64,000 nt of DNA from Bugula neritina (taxonomy: Eukaryota; Animalia; Bryozoa), in contig OZ037768.1 in assembly GCA_964035545.1 (NCBI GenBank), forward strand, positions 2,078,741-2,142,740. Reading direction: 5' to 3'. Every line of letters begins with the position of its first letter. The first letter of the stretch is position 1. Shown here in pieces: positions 38,101 through 52,300 of this stretch. Made by a program: the position numbers and the translations under genes. The notes under the pieces were generated by a model. It was not told where the DNA came from, made no database searches, and saw only the letters and a list, made by a program, of their open reading frames with translations.

Positions 38101-41100
38101 CTACAGTAAGTATATACTACAGTAAGTATATACTACAGTAAGTATATACTACAGTAAGTATATACTACAGTAAGTATATACTACAGTAAGTACATACTAC
38201 AGTGGTTTAGATATTGTGTTGAGTTAGACAGTTACAACTATATATAAAATCATTTAAAAGTCCATAATCTAGTGCTAGCTTCTATTATATTCACATTTAT
38301 TAAACCCCATTTCCTGCTTAGCCCAATAAGAGAGGCTGATATACAGAGACCAGCTTCACCAACTCTATGATAGCTCACAGTAAAGTGATGTCTTTCTAGA
38401 GTAATGTAATGTAATCTAAACTTTAGTCCACAGTCTAAGGTCCAAGATATGAACTGGTGTTTTTGTTTCTAACAAAATCTTTTAATAACAAAATGCATGA
38501 AGCTAGATTGTTTTCCAATGCCCAAAGTATTAACTAAGTTCACTGTAAGAAAAGCTACAAAGTGATAACTGTCTTTAAAACTATTTGAAATCAAAAATTT
38601 ACAAGAAGTTGAAAATGTAAGCAAGGACCAACATTTTCAAACAGCTAACTATAATAACCTTGAACTCCTAATACCCATTACACATACACGAAGGCTGTGA
38701 GCCTCAGGTTTGTGACCCACCCTCCCCCACCCACAGTTTATATTCACTAATGATTGAAGGACTAGTGGAAACTTGCAGTGAAGGAGAGGCTACCTGGAAC
38801 AGTGCTATGAGTAAAACCATGAGATGTGGCATCCTTGTTGATCTCTTCGTAAAAATAAACAGCAGCAGAACAGCAATCTGCAGCAAAATAAACTTTCAAC
38901 AGAAAAACAAAACAGTAATATGTAGCAGTGTAGCTCTTCCAGTCAAGTAGGAGTTGTCTCTCCCACTAAAGAAGGAGTTATCTTTCCCGTTAGAGTAGGA
39001 GTTATCTCTTCCAGTTCAGTAGGAGTTATTTCTCCCAGTAAAGTAGGAGTTATCCCTCCCAGTAAAGTAGGAGTTATCCCTCCCAGTAAAGTAGGAGTTA
39101 TCCCTCCCAGTAAAGTAGGAGTTATCTCTCCCAGTAAAGTAGGAATTATTTTTCATAATAGAGTAGGAGTTATCTTAACAATTTCAAGGAAGTTCACAGA
39201 CACCTTATTTATTAGGCAATAACTTCCTCACTGAATCATAACTACGTAATGAGATATTTACTTGCAAACTCCCCAAAACTATAAGATATGCAACATGTAA
39301 GTTGTGAGGAAATCCTTCAAGGATGTTGCTATAGTTACCAAATCTAATGGCTACTAAACATTCATTCCCAACTTAAAAAAACAACGAAATGCCCATAACA
39401 AAATTTAATAGGATAATCATAGTGTAACTATGATTTCAGGTGTATCCTGGTTTAGGCTATAAAAACAACTAGCTATTCACATTCTAATGACAGGGCATAG
39501 AATAATGCACATTAGTATGAAGACATGGTAACCTAAAACTACTTTTTAAAGGCAAATGTATTACACAAGAAATCTGACAGACTAAACACAAAATCATTGA
39601 ATAGGGAGTTAATCTGTACAGCTGGAGTAACTAATTCCTTTGCACAAGAAATCTCAGCCTGAAGCTTTTCAGACAAACAGTAGAATGCAGGGGACACAAC
39701 TCTACAGTGTAGCTATACCTACACAGGATATTAATGTTAGTATAGCCACATCCAAGGAGGTCTGCGAGAAGATAACTTGAGCATCCACAGGGAATATCTG
39801 CATCCCAACCATCATGGCAGATGTAAACATGAGCGGGGCTGATATAACTGTACTTAGCACCAGGGAAGTAGCAATCTGCAGAAGATAAAATAACTGTAAT
39901 GAATACTATGGAAGTAGCAATCTGCAGAAGATAAAATATGTACTAAAAAAACTAGTTGGTTGCAAAACGAATTAGTTACCTTGAAACCTGTCAACGGAGA
40001 TAAAATTTTATTCAAAATATTTTAGAAATAAATATTTCAGCATAATATCTATTGCATCAACATTTCAGTGTTTCAAATAAAGCAAACAGTGACACACACA
40101 CTTCTGAAAGCCGCCTACTACTATCTCTAGGACTTTATAACAGAACATTCCAGAATGCAAATGAATGAGAAGTCTTACCAGATCTGTGCCCACAGAGTAA
40201 TGTGTAGCGTAGATATAGACACTGGGGGCTGTAGGAAACGTGCCGTACAAAAAGGCAAACATAGAGTAGTCTGAGGAAGAGTTAGTTGAGGAACCACAGT
40301 CTAAGGCAGCTGTTATACCCATGGCAACCATCGGAAACAGCAATCTGCAGAATATGCTTTTAAAGAAGTTATTTTTAAAGAATTTGTCTAGCAGCTCCAC
40401 ATAATTAAATATTATTGCCATTTATTTTCTATATATAATTGCAATACAAATAGATGTAATTTTGTTTAGACAATAAAACGCAGTAAAACCACACAGAGAA
40501 CTTTGTTTAGAGTTACTAGACTCACAGCTTTACAAATATAAGCATTCCGCTGCCCATTAGCAGAGATGTCATTGTCTTGTTGAACTTTCCCACAATGCCT
40601 AGCCCCACGATGAACAGGGCGCAGGCATCAAACGCATCACCTATAAAATCGCAGCTCCATATTACAATATGCGTATATTCTCATTAATAGTTAGAGAGGA
40701 CCTAGTTTTCATACTTGGGTGCAGAAATGTGGATTTTTGTTTAACTTGCGTTTATAATCTTTTTTGGCATTTGAATTTAAAGCCTAACTGCTTCATAACT
40801 TGAGCAGACAACTAATACAAATATCTGTTAGAACCAGGGCTAATAGAATTACAGCTATGTACCTATCCCAGCTTTTATATGTTGGAGGAGTGGAAATGTC
40901 TTTTTATTGTAAAGTAACATTGCTGGTAGCGTATCTGAGCAATAGAAATGGTTGTGTAACTGGGGTGTAGGCTATAGACTGCTCAAAGTCCAACAGTTGG
41001 CCAGGGCACCAGCCAGCTAATGAGTGTAGCTTACAACATCATATTGTAAAATAATAGCTGCAAGAAGGCAGATGCTAGGACAAGATATGTGACTGTTACT

Positions 41101-43778
41101 GCTACATGCAGAGGGTAGTAGAGGTAAATAACCAGTTGCTTATTACAAAATGAATCACATCACGTTAGGTTGTCATAGCAACTAACTGTTGCCTCATAGT
41201 AACATGCTAATGTCAGTTGCCATTGCATTACTTAGGATACAATGAAACATGGGTGAGAGCAATACAAGAACTTACACCATGTATACGTGTTACTATACTT
41301 ACACTATGTTGTTCTTATGGTTTAGAAATATTACTTACTGGCAATAATTACAACAATAATATTATCCTCAGTGGGCTACACATAAGTCTTCATTACAGAG
41401 TATTACATGCATATGGCAACTGTAACAGAATGACATGTAATTTGCTCAAGAAATCCCGAGGAGTTACTGCGACGGCTTACTATGAATAGTTACTGTGATG
41501 GGTAACTAGTAACTGTAGTGAGTTACTAGTAACTGTGACATGAATAACTCACTGAGTGTGGTGAGCAGGTTTGTCAGTATGAGAGGTAGTTTGTGGGAGA
41601 AGATGAAGTTGGCAGCCACACCCAAGGCTGTCATCACTATAATCGGGTTCAATACAATCCGCTTGAGAACGTTCTTTAGTAGTCTAGTCTTGTTTCTACA
41701 GACATGTCACATGATACAGACATGTCACACGCTACAGATATGTCACATGATACAGACATGTCACATGATACAGACATGTCACACGTTACAGACATGTCAC
41801 ATGATACAGACATGTCACATGATACAGACATGTCACATGATACAGAAATTTCACACACTATAGACATGTCATATTTCACAAATCCACCATACAAATCAAA
41901 CACAGCCAAAATCAAGAGATCATACACTGAATGTCTAATAAGTAATATTTGATAGCACAAGTTTTACAGACATCAACACTCAAGTAGGCCTGCTTTCTAA
42001 TTATAGGTAAGAATTTCGAATATTTTATTACAATATTTAATAATTCAAACAGATTCACACATATATAAATGAATGGTTTTGTTTGTTGTGGCACCAAGTA
42101 AGTTGCATGCTATCGTCCAGCAGAGCAAAAGCAAAAGCTTACCGAGGGCGAGGGTCCTCGTCAGAAGATGCCTTGTGCAGTTCCAGCAGCACAAAGCCAA
42201 TGGGGTTGAGTATGAGCAGAGAGATTGGTGCCAGCAGGTATATGTACTGCAGCAGCTCAGGACGAGTCTCGCCGTAAATGGCTTTTACTAAATAATAAAC
42301 TTACTTTACTAAATCATCAACTTACTATAGTAAGTGAATGTGCTCTTAACTCTGAAGAGAAGCAACATGCCCTTATTAAATTAAATTCGAGTAGTATTTC
42401 TGTAACTTTGGTTCGGTTTTTACACCGTGAGCTGTAGTTTCAGCATACTTGGATAAAACAAAGTAACATATATACAGTAGATTGTAAGTAAGATGAATTT
42501 GAACAAGATAAATATATAAATAAACTTTATATAAAACATTCATGAAATGCATTCGCCCACCTTTCTAAGGGATTTGACTTCCTAACAGACACACTTGCAT
42601 GTTATCTCGATTCAGTGAAGCTCTCTAATGATGAAAAGTGCCTTGATGGCAGAAAACATTTAAAGAGAAAGTAGAGAAATAACTCCAACACATTTAGCGT
42701 TCGAGGGGAAGTAAGGGGCCAGTGTTAAAGAACCTACCTATCGGGTAGCCCAGAGCGAAGTCATTACTCTGAGTCACGAATATGCCAGTGAGAGCGGCCA
42801 GGCCAACATTGCAAGGACGTTTCACAAGCAAACACACGAATAGCACCAGGAAGAAGAGTGTGGCTTTACTTATAAATATGGCACCAATGAACGTCCAATC
42901 AACCTGTAACATGTAACAACATGTTGAGTGGAGAGGTACAATGCTGATACTACAGACATGTCATAGAAGATATAATAACTGAATATTTCTCTATTAGTAG
43001 TGAAATGGCATATTTACACATTGAAGCTTAGCCAGAGAAAAATCATATTGTAAATGAATTCTATGTTGAAGGCTCTTTGTCACTTCGCACTTTTTGTAAA
43101 GCTTATAAAAACACTACACAATATATTTTAGAATGTCGGAAAAAAATTCTAAAATGATGTCATAAAAACATCAATTAAGTTCATTTGTTGTATTAATACT
43201 TAATAGTACAAGATATTCTATGTTGTGGAACTTATCTTTATGCTGAGGAAATTCAGCAAATCTCAAGAACTCTTATGATATAAAAAAGTACTGAGTGGCT
43301 GAAAAGTTTTAATTTTTGCTAAAAAAAAATTTAATAAATGTATGTACGCCTTAACTTTTGGAAGCTTGTCAGCAAAACATCATGGGACCAGCATGTGTAG
43401 CAAAAGCTATCCATAGCTTCCCTTTAGCACACATTATATAACATACTATCATAAGACCACTGTATACAATATCCTATCACAAAACAGCAGGGTCAGAGTT
43501 CAAGCTACTGTTGCTGTCATCATACTCAAAGGAAGTAAAATAGCAGACAAACGTACAACAGTCCAATCTAGAGTAGCCATGCTGTTGAAGAGAAGGGCTG
43601 GGAGAGCAAATGAAGTGGTGAAGGTATTGAGACCCTTAGCATGGGTTCTGTTGATCCACTTGGCCCTACCAGTCACATAACCAAGTAATATTATGGTGAA
43701 GCACTCTACAATCGCAGGGTAGAGGCTAGTGAAGGTATCCACGTGGGGACTGGTAGAGTTTGACATTGGAAAATCCAT
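32133..43778 (-). CDS. GPR155: GPR155/LYCHOS-like integral membrane protein (PIN-like transporter domain, GPCR-like TM domain, C-terminal DEP domain)
   Basis: Exons (minus strand) 43778-43557, 42903-42738, 42287-42143, 41695-41553, 40640-40526, 40344-40179, 39875-39723, 38877-38794, 36752-36532, 36257-36167, 35901-35658, 35543-35381, 34233-34116, 33393-33227, 32981-32847, 32337-32133. Motifs LYPAIVECF, FALPALLF, TQSNDFALGYPI, YLLAPISLLILNPIGF, FLYGTFPTAP, SAPLMF, LNTGQGFFTF, CEQFVEHH and DEP FSGYAIVSWL. Confidence 0.92.
34240..34400. repeat. (ATAAC/ATAAT)n microsatellite abutting a GPR155 acceptor
   Basis: Pentamer run starting about 6 nt from the acceptor at 34234. Confidence 0.85.
35895..36090. 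repeat. 23-bp minisatellite, about 8-9 copies, built from a GPR155 acceptor
   Basis: Unit gtgatatctacagtatagagtaa. ctacag recurs at 35902 (real acceptor), 35925, 35948 and so on to 36063. Confidence 0.92.
36758..38202. repeat. 16-bp satellite, about 90 copies
   Basis: Unit cagtaagtatatacta, beginning within 10 nt of the acceptor at 36753. Confidence 0.98.
38935..39175. repeat. 24-bp minisatellite, about 10 copies
   Basis: Unit tcccagtaaagtaggagttatccc, about 55 nt from the acceptor at 38878. Confidence 0.9.
41696..41872. repeat. 18-bp minisatellite, about 9 copies, beginning at a GPR155 acceptor
   Basis: Unit acagacatgtcacatgat. The first unit overlaps the acceptor at 41696. Confidence 0.92.
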
Positions 43779-45569
43779 TTTTTACTAAAGTGCCTGAAAA
43801 ACCGATTGAATATGACATGAATAAATATTAATGAAATAATAGAAGCGAGGTCATTTGTAGAAAATAGAAATACTTCCAGATACACAGCAAAGCATAAAAA
43901 TAATATCAATAGTAATCATGTAACTGCCATTCAAGTAACAACAGTAATAGACCTAGTAATAGGACTGTATACTAGTAAAACACTACTATCTAGTGATACC
44001 ATTACTGTAATGAATAACACAACGTCACTGTTGAAAACCACAAATGCACAGATAAAGCTAAAAATAAAATATGCTGTTGAAAGTTTCCAACATTTATTTC
44101 ACTCATCAGCCCACAGTTATATATTAGATATTATAGATAGGTATGGTATTGTCTCGTACCTTATCTAATACACAGATTCAGCAGTGGTGGATAAGAGTGG
44201 GGGGGGGGGTGGGAGTAGGAGGAGACTTGAAACACTGCTGGCAGCATAATTCCACCTGTTCACCAAATTATGGTGGTTAAATTTCCCTAAAATAAGTTGC
44301 AAATGCTGCATTTCACCAAAATCTTACTTGGGACTAGATATTTTATATGACAGAGAACCACAACACACTCCAGCATATATATATATAGGTGTAGGTTTAC
44401 CATTTTTAAAGTCACAGAAATATATGAAATACTGGAGACACCCATCTAAATTACACTAAAAGATCTTTTTACATTTCAGAAGGTTCAATAGAGCGCACTT
44501 TGACAAAACGAACAGAAGTAATAGGTGAACAATTAAAATAATTATAATTAAAAGTAAATTTTAGTTTACATGAATAATAGTAATAATATTGGTAACTACG
44601 ATTTTGATTCGTATTATTATTCATAATTATATTACACCTCAGTCATATCCATACTGATATTGTTTTTGTCAGTATAAATGTTGATAAATACTGTCTTGGT
44701 CACCATCATGACTTGAACTTGGAGACTTAAATATTGGGTTAAGTACAGCAACTACAGCACAGTTCCATACTGCATTCTTACCACAGACAGGCTAATGAAG
44801 CCTGTGTTGATCCACTGTGAATTATCTTAAATATATCTTTACTGACTAAGGATGCGTACATGTAACCCATGATTAAAAATATGGCACACCCCATCTACCT
44901 ACCCAACATGGTGGTTTAGTGCTAGACATGACATTGATCATCATCTTGATTATGATAAAAATAAAATTAAAATATTCAGTTATAATTATAGTATCAACTT
45001 ATATTTTATAATTAGAGTGATTGTAATTATATTAACTTAAATTACAAGTGTAACAGTTAAAATCAAATGAAGTATTCATGATGATATACTTATATACTGT
45101 AAGTGTATACATACTGATACATATTTATATTATTATCATTATGAATAGTATTACTTATATATATTAATACAATAATAATCACAAATCATGGCCATTGATA
45201 ATCTAAATATGGAAACAGCAATAAAAATATTTATAAAAGTAAATCCAATATCATTATAATTATTTGTACTTGTGGTTAACTAAATAACCAAAGCAAGTAA
45301 AAGTAACTTACTAAAATAGCAAAATAGTAATTCGGGTTAGTGAGTTACTGTTAATTATTCATGATTACTGATTTTTATTTAATTAAATTTAATATAAATA
45401 TTCATATTGCCTACTGCCAGTATTAGTCATTATTATTTCTTATATTTATAACATTGATTAACATCATGATCATTATGATTATTAGAAAATTTAAATTAAG
45501 TTCAACATATTTAATATTTACTAATTCTTCTACCAACTAGAAGCGGTACTAATCAGTCAAACTAAATCA

Positions 45570-46075
45570 AAATGTAACACTAATAGTAATAGTAATACTA
45601 ATAGTGATACTGATAGTAACACTTCACTAATAGTAATACTAAATAACTATAAACTAATAATAATACTAATAGAGTAATACTAATACTAATAGTATATGTA
45701 ATACTAATACTAATAGTAATAGTTATACTTATACTTATAGTAGTATTAGAGTGATACTAATACTAATAGTAATAGTAATACTAATAGTAATAGTAATACT
45801 AATAGCAATAGTAATAGTTGAACTTAGAGTTGTACTATAACTATAACTATAAGTATAACATTAACTTATAACTATAATTTACAGCTTATAATATTTAATA
45901 ATAAATATAATACTAATAGTAACAGTTATACTAATAATATTAATAATTAATATTATAATTAATTATTATTAGTATTACTATTAATATTATTATTGATATT
46001 ATTGTTATACTCATAGTCATACTGACTCTGAGTCTGATAGTGATACTCATGGTCATAGTCATACTCATACTGACT
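45570..46075. repeat. Degenerate AT-rich tri/hexanucleotide low-complexity tract
   Basis: taatagtaatac, tataac and atactc hexamer runs. Confidence 0.75.
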
Positions 46076-49000
46076 AGAGCTACACAGTTTTGTTCTATTA
46101 GTATTACAATCAGTATAAACTATAAAGCAACTGCAGGTTAATCTAACAATAGGTGTAATTTACTAAGACCATTACTATACGTGCAACTGTAAAACACAAT
46201 ATTATTACTATGATAAAATATAAAATGTTATATAACATGTGAAAATGTTTTTTAAGTTATGCAACAAGCCGACTTTTCTGTAGCCTGATTTCTCAGCAAC
46301 TGAAAAATTTATTGGTTATAAATTATAATTTGTTAAACGCAACACTCGATTATTTGGGATCACAGTCACATTTTTTAGCAGAAGATTTGTTCAGCACAAC
46401 CAATAAACTCAATGATAATACTCATAATCCCCTTTCCAGTTCAGTGAGCACAACTCTTTCACGCATATCATAAAGCGAGATAACTCTCTAATTCTCAGCA
46501 AATGGTAAAATGCCAACTCTATGCTAATAATGGCTCATGCCCATATAAATATTATTCTACAGCTGAGCCTAGTTTAGGCAATGAATCTACTGCACACACG
46601 AAAGCTTTTTTAAAACCAATGTTCATACTGTGGTTGAAATGCATAAAATTGCAGCATAGCAGAGTATATTTCAATAAAAATACAATTTCAAACAGTTTAT
46701 GGGAACTAACATTATATCTTATAAATTACAAACCTAAAATTACAGACTATAGTGAAGCAGCTTAATATTTTAATCGTAGAATTAGCATGCACAGTCTAGG
46801 AATAAATATCTACCCTCTGCATTATCCATGGTATGTATTGTTGATTAAATGACATAATTGAATATAACATATATTTTTTGGTGACATCAAATGACATGTT
46901 ATACCAAGTATCTGCCTATAATCAAATAATCTAATGTTATACTGAAAGAGAAAACAAGCTCTCTATTAAATAGTTGCTAGCATGAAAGAGGGGATCGGCT
47001 GCAAAAAGGCTAGATAACTTAACTCAGCTGATGTGAACAGGTTATTCATTGATATACAGTAGAAGATAGGAGCCTTGTTTATATTTTTGTGATTTTATCA
47101 CTGTTGAGTATCAATTGATACTATTTATGATTAAATAAAACAATTCTAACTCCATAAAAATAGCCAAAATAGAAACTAATATCATCAAAATCAGTTTGAT
47201 GTACTAAATAATCTGAACTGCGCCAGATTTAAATATTGTAGGGAAAATGAAGGCTAAATACTTGTAGCTGCCTTAAGTAACTAGTAAGAAAGTTGAAGTT
47301 TTTAGGTATATGCATATAACTCAGTATTATGTAATGCAACCAATTACTATACATAGTAATATACATTCATAACTTTATTCATGCAATTACTTCAGCTTTA
47401 TAATTTGAATTTTTCATATTGCACGCACGTGTACCATTTTGAAAATATATTATAACCCACTTTAAGTTATTTTACTATTCAACAGAAAAAAATTATCAGA
47501 TATTATAGAACCCTCCTAAGCTTTTTTCCTACATTTAACTAAGGGCTTCTAAATTTAAAACCATTCTTTGTAAAAATTTCCAAGAAATATTATATAGATT
47601 CGGTTATGGTGGTATTACAGGGGCAAATAATTTAGCTATAGTACAGAGTTGTGTCTCCTTTGATTTTTCACGATGACGTTACACTATGCTTCTTGCGCCA
47701 TTGAAAATTTCATAATTGTTTCCGCGGAGGCACATAGGCGTAAGGTGTCATGTAAATGCTCACTGAAGATGTATTGGGTTGTAATTGGATGTTGAGTTAA
47801 TTTAACACTAATATACGTGAGCGATTGATTTTCGCAGTTGTTCATCTTTAATTTAGAAAGACATAATTTGATGGAGAAAATGTAGGCAAACCCCACCCCT
47901 TTTAGGCTTTTGTGTAGAATAAGTTATGGCCCATTCCTATACTAACACTTGTAGTTGTACTTGTAGAATTTATTTTTAAAACCGAAAGTGAATGCCGAAC
48001 TAATACTTGACTTGAATCAGAATGAGATTACTCGCATCACATTAGTACAACTCTTATTCTAACTTCAAATTAATTTGTCTTTAGTTTTGACAAGCTCAAA
48101 ATTTATTCATCAATTTCTAAAAGTTGAGTTTACTAACTGTATTTTCTGGATCATGAACATTATCATTATGTAAATTTATGAAAAATGCAAATAGTAATAC
48201 CAGTGACAAATACGGTTACCTGTACCAACAGCAGAATAAAATAAAAATCGTTTTGCAAATATTGGTCACGGTGTGCGAAGTGCAATATTTGTACTTCAAC
48301 TTGTATTTATGCCATAAATATTAATAAGATGTTTGGCTACTTTCACTATTTCATTTAAGATGGACATCTGAACTAACATTTTGTGATCAACATGACTATC
48401 ATTATGATTTATACTCGTACCGAAAACTAATTCAATTTTGCGGGCTTCTTCGAAACTTATCTGATTCATATCAAGTTTGGTATTTGGCTGCACTAATAGT
48501 TTACTGCTTAGTAATACTAATAGTAATCTCTTGAATTTGATGCTGATGAACTAATTTTTAGACATTAGACTAATGATTAGATTTAGAATTGTTTAAAAAA
48601 GTAAATGCCTTCATAGTTTTATATCATTTCAAATTAATATTGGTCTAATAGTAATAGTAATACTAGTACTACACTACTACTGCGTTCATCACTATTTTAT
48701 TTTTGAGCTTTTCCTTTTGACCTAAGTTAGAATGTGCATCTGGTTAGACAATGGTAACTATTATAATTGTGTCATCAAACAATTTGATGTGATTTGCTTT
48801 TTTGGATACGTTTGATTAAATTTAGTCATTAAAGGTCGGTGACACTGGCTGGTTTCGGTGCAATAGCTCGCTTCTGTCAGCACCATGACTTTAAGTCTAG
48901 GTACTATGACACTCACACTGTGAGTGTGAAGTGCAGTTTTGTTGTGGAGCCAGTTGGGTTTGGTTAGTTTTATTTATGGGTAAACTATTTATTTATCCAA

Positions 49001-49398
49001 ATTGAAAAGTTTTAAAAATTACATGGCAATTGTATAATTTTAGGGAAAAGAGAACAGTAATGGCCAGAATAATGGAAATGTTCTTTTTTAATGTCAATGA
49101 TATGCAAGAAAAAGCTTCGAGTGCGAAACAGAGCATATCACTATTAATAGCGTTCTGGGAAGGTTTCCGCAAACCCGAGGCCGTTAGTAGTAGCTGCTAT
49201 CAAACTAAAATTGAAGTCAAAGTGAAAGTGAGCTGACCACGAAACTGGAATTAGAAAGCAGATATACTTTTACGATTAAGTTTTAATTTAGAAATAGAGT
49301 TTATCAATGTAAGAGTTTTATATATGCAATCAATACAGACAAATGTGTCACTAACATGAACCTGCGGCTACGTTGCCAACTTCAAGTTCAGCATCAGC

Positions 49399-52300
49399 AT
49401 GAGCATGAACGCTCCGCGGAATTACAATGGTATGTAGTACACACTGACACAGAACATAATGTACTGTATATTTCTACATTTGCAGATGGTAATTATGTTA
49501 GAATAATAGCTAAGGGTATAGCCATTGCTAATTTCTTTATGTCATAGTTGTAATATTAATAAGTAATAACATTATCATGATGATATTTATCATTCATCAG
49601 TTATTGTTAAGTTGTGATTATAATTATTAATTAATATTATATTTAAAATAAATACAAACTATAATATTAAAAATATTGAACTTAATATTATTGCAATATA
49701 ATAAAAGTAAATGTAATATTTAGTATAAGTATAACATTAACTGTAACTCAGTTACAGTCTAGTACTAGTAGTAGTACTAGTAGCCAGTAGCCGTAGGCGT
49801 AACTGTAAGTGTAGTGTAGTTTAAGTCATCTTACGATAACGGATAATATGAATATAAATTAATAATATATTAATAGTATTAGTTATAATGATTTCATAAT
49901 TTATAGCAAGTATTTCTATTGGTTAGAGTTATGATATTTTTGATACAATCATAAATTGTTTTTTCATATTCCAACCAATATTTACCTAGTTAGTTATATT
50001 AGTAATCTAAAAAAAATAGATTAATATTACTTGCAGTTATACTAGCCCTGAATTTGGTCATTTTTCTCCAACTCCATGTGCTGCTATTAGTACTATTAAT
50101 AGTATTACTATCAGTATTATTTTTCAATATTTTTTCAATTATTTGAATAATTTGTTTCGCAAGTATCTAACTTATCATCTAACTTATCGGTACATGTATT
50201 ATGGTTTTAGTGATATCCATCATGATAAACAATGCCAATGGTCGTGTGTATTTGTTATTTCGTAATATGATCAGTGGTTAAGAATATGGTTTGATATTTC
50301 TTTTAAGGTCCGCAGGGTGCAAAAGTGAATGATGATTTGAAGCAAGATAAAGCAAGAAAGATTCAATGTTATAAATTGATTGTTGATCCGGCCCTTCATA
50401 AAGGGCAGAAAAAGCTGTACCGAATTGATGGGGTGATCCCAGGTGACCCGACAAGCAATGTTATTGTGACAGATCCTAGGTCTAGGGTTGCTCGGCTTCT
50501 CACCAAAAGTAGGCAAGCTGATCTTCTGATCCCTCAATTTAAGGTCAGTTATTGATTAATTCTTTTCATTTCAAACTATTAACTTTTCAAATTTAAGTTT
50601 CAGCTTTAAAAACATTGTTTTATGTTGCTAGCTCAACATTTTTTAAGAAATTTTCTGACTCTCTAAATTCTCATTTTTAGGTTGATGAGTTTTACGTAGG
50701 AATCCCTCCGCCCCGTGAGGTCACTTTTATCAACGTCAATGATAACATTAACTCAGATTTTTTGAGGAATATGGTAAAGGATCTTGGCAGAATTGACGAG
50801 TGTTCAATTTGTTATAATCCGCAGAATGGCAAGCATCTGGGCATCGCTAAGGTTTGTCAATAAGAAGTAGAAACTAGCAGTTTTTTTTAATGACACATGC
50901 AGATGCAGAAATTCTGTTTTTATTAGTTTTAGTTGTAGCATTCTTTGCTGTATACACTCCTCATATTCCAGGTGGTTTTTGAAACTACGAAATCTGCTAA
51001 GAGCTGTGTGGCCAAGTTTGACCAAACAAAGAAGATGGGCAACACTATGACCGTATTTACTGATCCACTGGGCAAAGAGCGGCAAGGTTATATAGATGAA
51101 AGAGTTTACGGAATTCCACGGCGACACGCTGATGGTGTGTCAGGGTTGGTGCCCAAGCCAGAGATGTACGTGGGGACTCAAGACTCTATGCACACATCCC
51201 ACATACCCCATTCTTCACAGGACATGTATGCGGATGAGTTTGCCCAGGATGGCTACCACCAGGAGGGGTATGCTTATGGGGAGTACGACCACAGCGGATA
51301 TCCCCCAAATGGCTACGAAGAACATCCTAGAGCCTACGAAGGTATGGAGTATGAGCGTCCAGAGTATCAAGGCTATGACTCCACGCATGTTGAGAACGTC
51401 AGTTATCATGGCACTCCTGCTGCAAAGGGCGATGCGTTGCGTGGGAATGGCTATAGAGACTATGGAGACCGGGATAGGAGGCGGGACTACGTCGGTGATG
51501 ACTCACGAGGTCAATATGATGATTCCACCTCACGTCATCCACCTGAACACCGACTGCGGGTCAGTGATCATAACCTGGAGGGAAGGGAACATCACCAGAA
51601 TTTGTCATATGATGAGTCTCGACCCTCAGGTATGGAAACAAGGGAGAGTCAAGATAGTAGGTATAGTCATAGACACCAAGACTCCGAGCACCTTCGAGAT
51701 AGTACTAGCCATTACCTCTCTGAAAGAGGTGCTGGTGAAACACAACCAGCCGCAATCAACTCAGAAATGAATGACAACATGGAGAGCGAGACTCCAGTCT
51801 CATCTGCTGATGAATCTACCAATCAGCCGCCTACACCACCAGAAACAGACCCTGGCTCTCTCGACTTGGATGCTCGTATAAAGCTGATGCTGAATATGAA
51901 CAAAGACTTGGCCGGTTTTGGTGCACCAGAACCTGTGACTGCACCACCTACAGACCCTGCTCCTCCACCTGTCTCTATGTCGTTAGAACCACAGCTACCT
52001 CCATCTGGTACCTATCCTCCAATGGATCCTGGTTATTCTGGTAGGTATTGGCTTGCAGTACTTTACGTTATTGTTCAATAAATACTCTCATCCACTGTAG
52101 TTGTGGTTGATTTTTACATAAGGAATATAAAACTGTTATCTTCACCACAACAATCTCTTGTGTTAAGGCTAGCGAAACCATAATTATGGTCTTTTAATAA
52201 CATTCAGCAGTGAACAGATGTTGTAAAATTAGACTCAGGCCTAATCTTAATCAGTTGGTATCCAAAGCTTTTTCATTGCGTATCCAGGTGGTGGTCACCC

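Noticed and set aside
36758-38202. CRISPR-like regular array
   Set aside because: Head-to-tail units with no unique spacers, no cas genes and a eukaryotic context. The same applies to all arrays here.
44180-44220. G-run with a possible MITE terminus or G-quadruplex
   Set aside because: No matching inverted terminus found, and a single G-tract is weak evidence.
46300-48950. Hidden gene or transposon between GPR155 and SETD1 (ORFs 46502, 47684, 48296)
   Set aside because: Short ORFs with no recognisable motifs or coherent splice chain. Parts may be old transposon debris, but I cannot support a call.
49356-49547. ORF 49356 as the SETD1 start
   Set aside because: Gives phase 2 at the 49429 donor, incompatible with the exon-2 frame. 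The ATG at 49399 fits.
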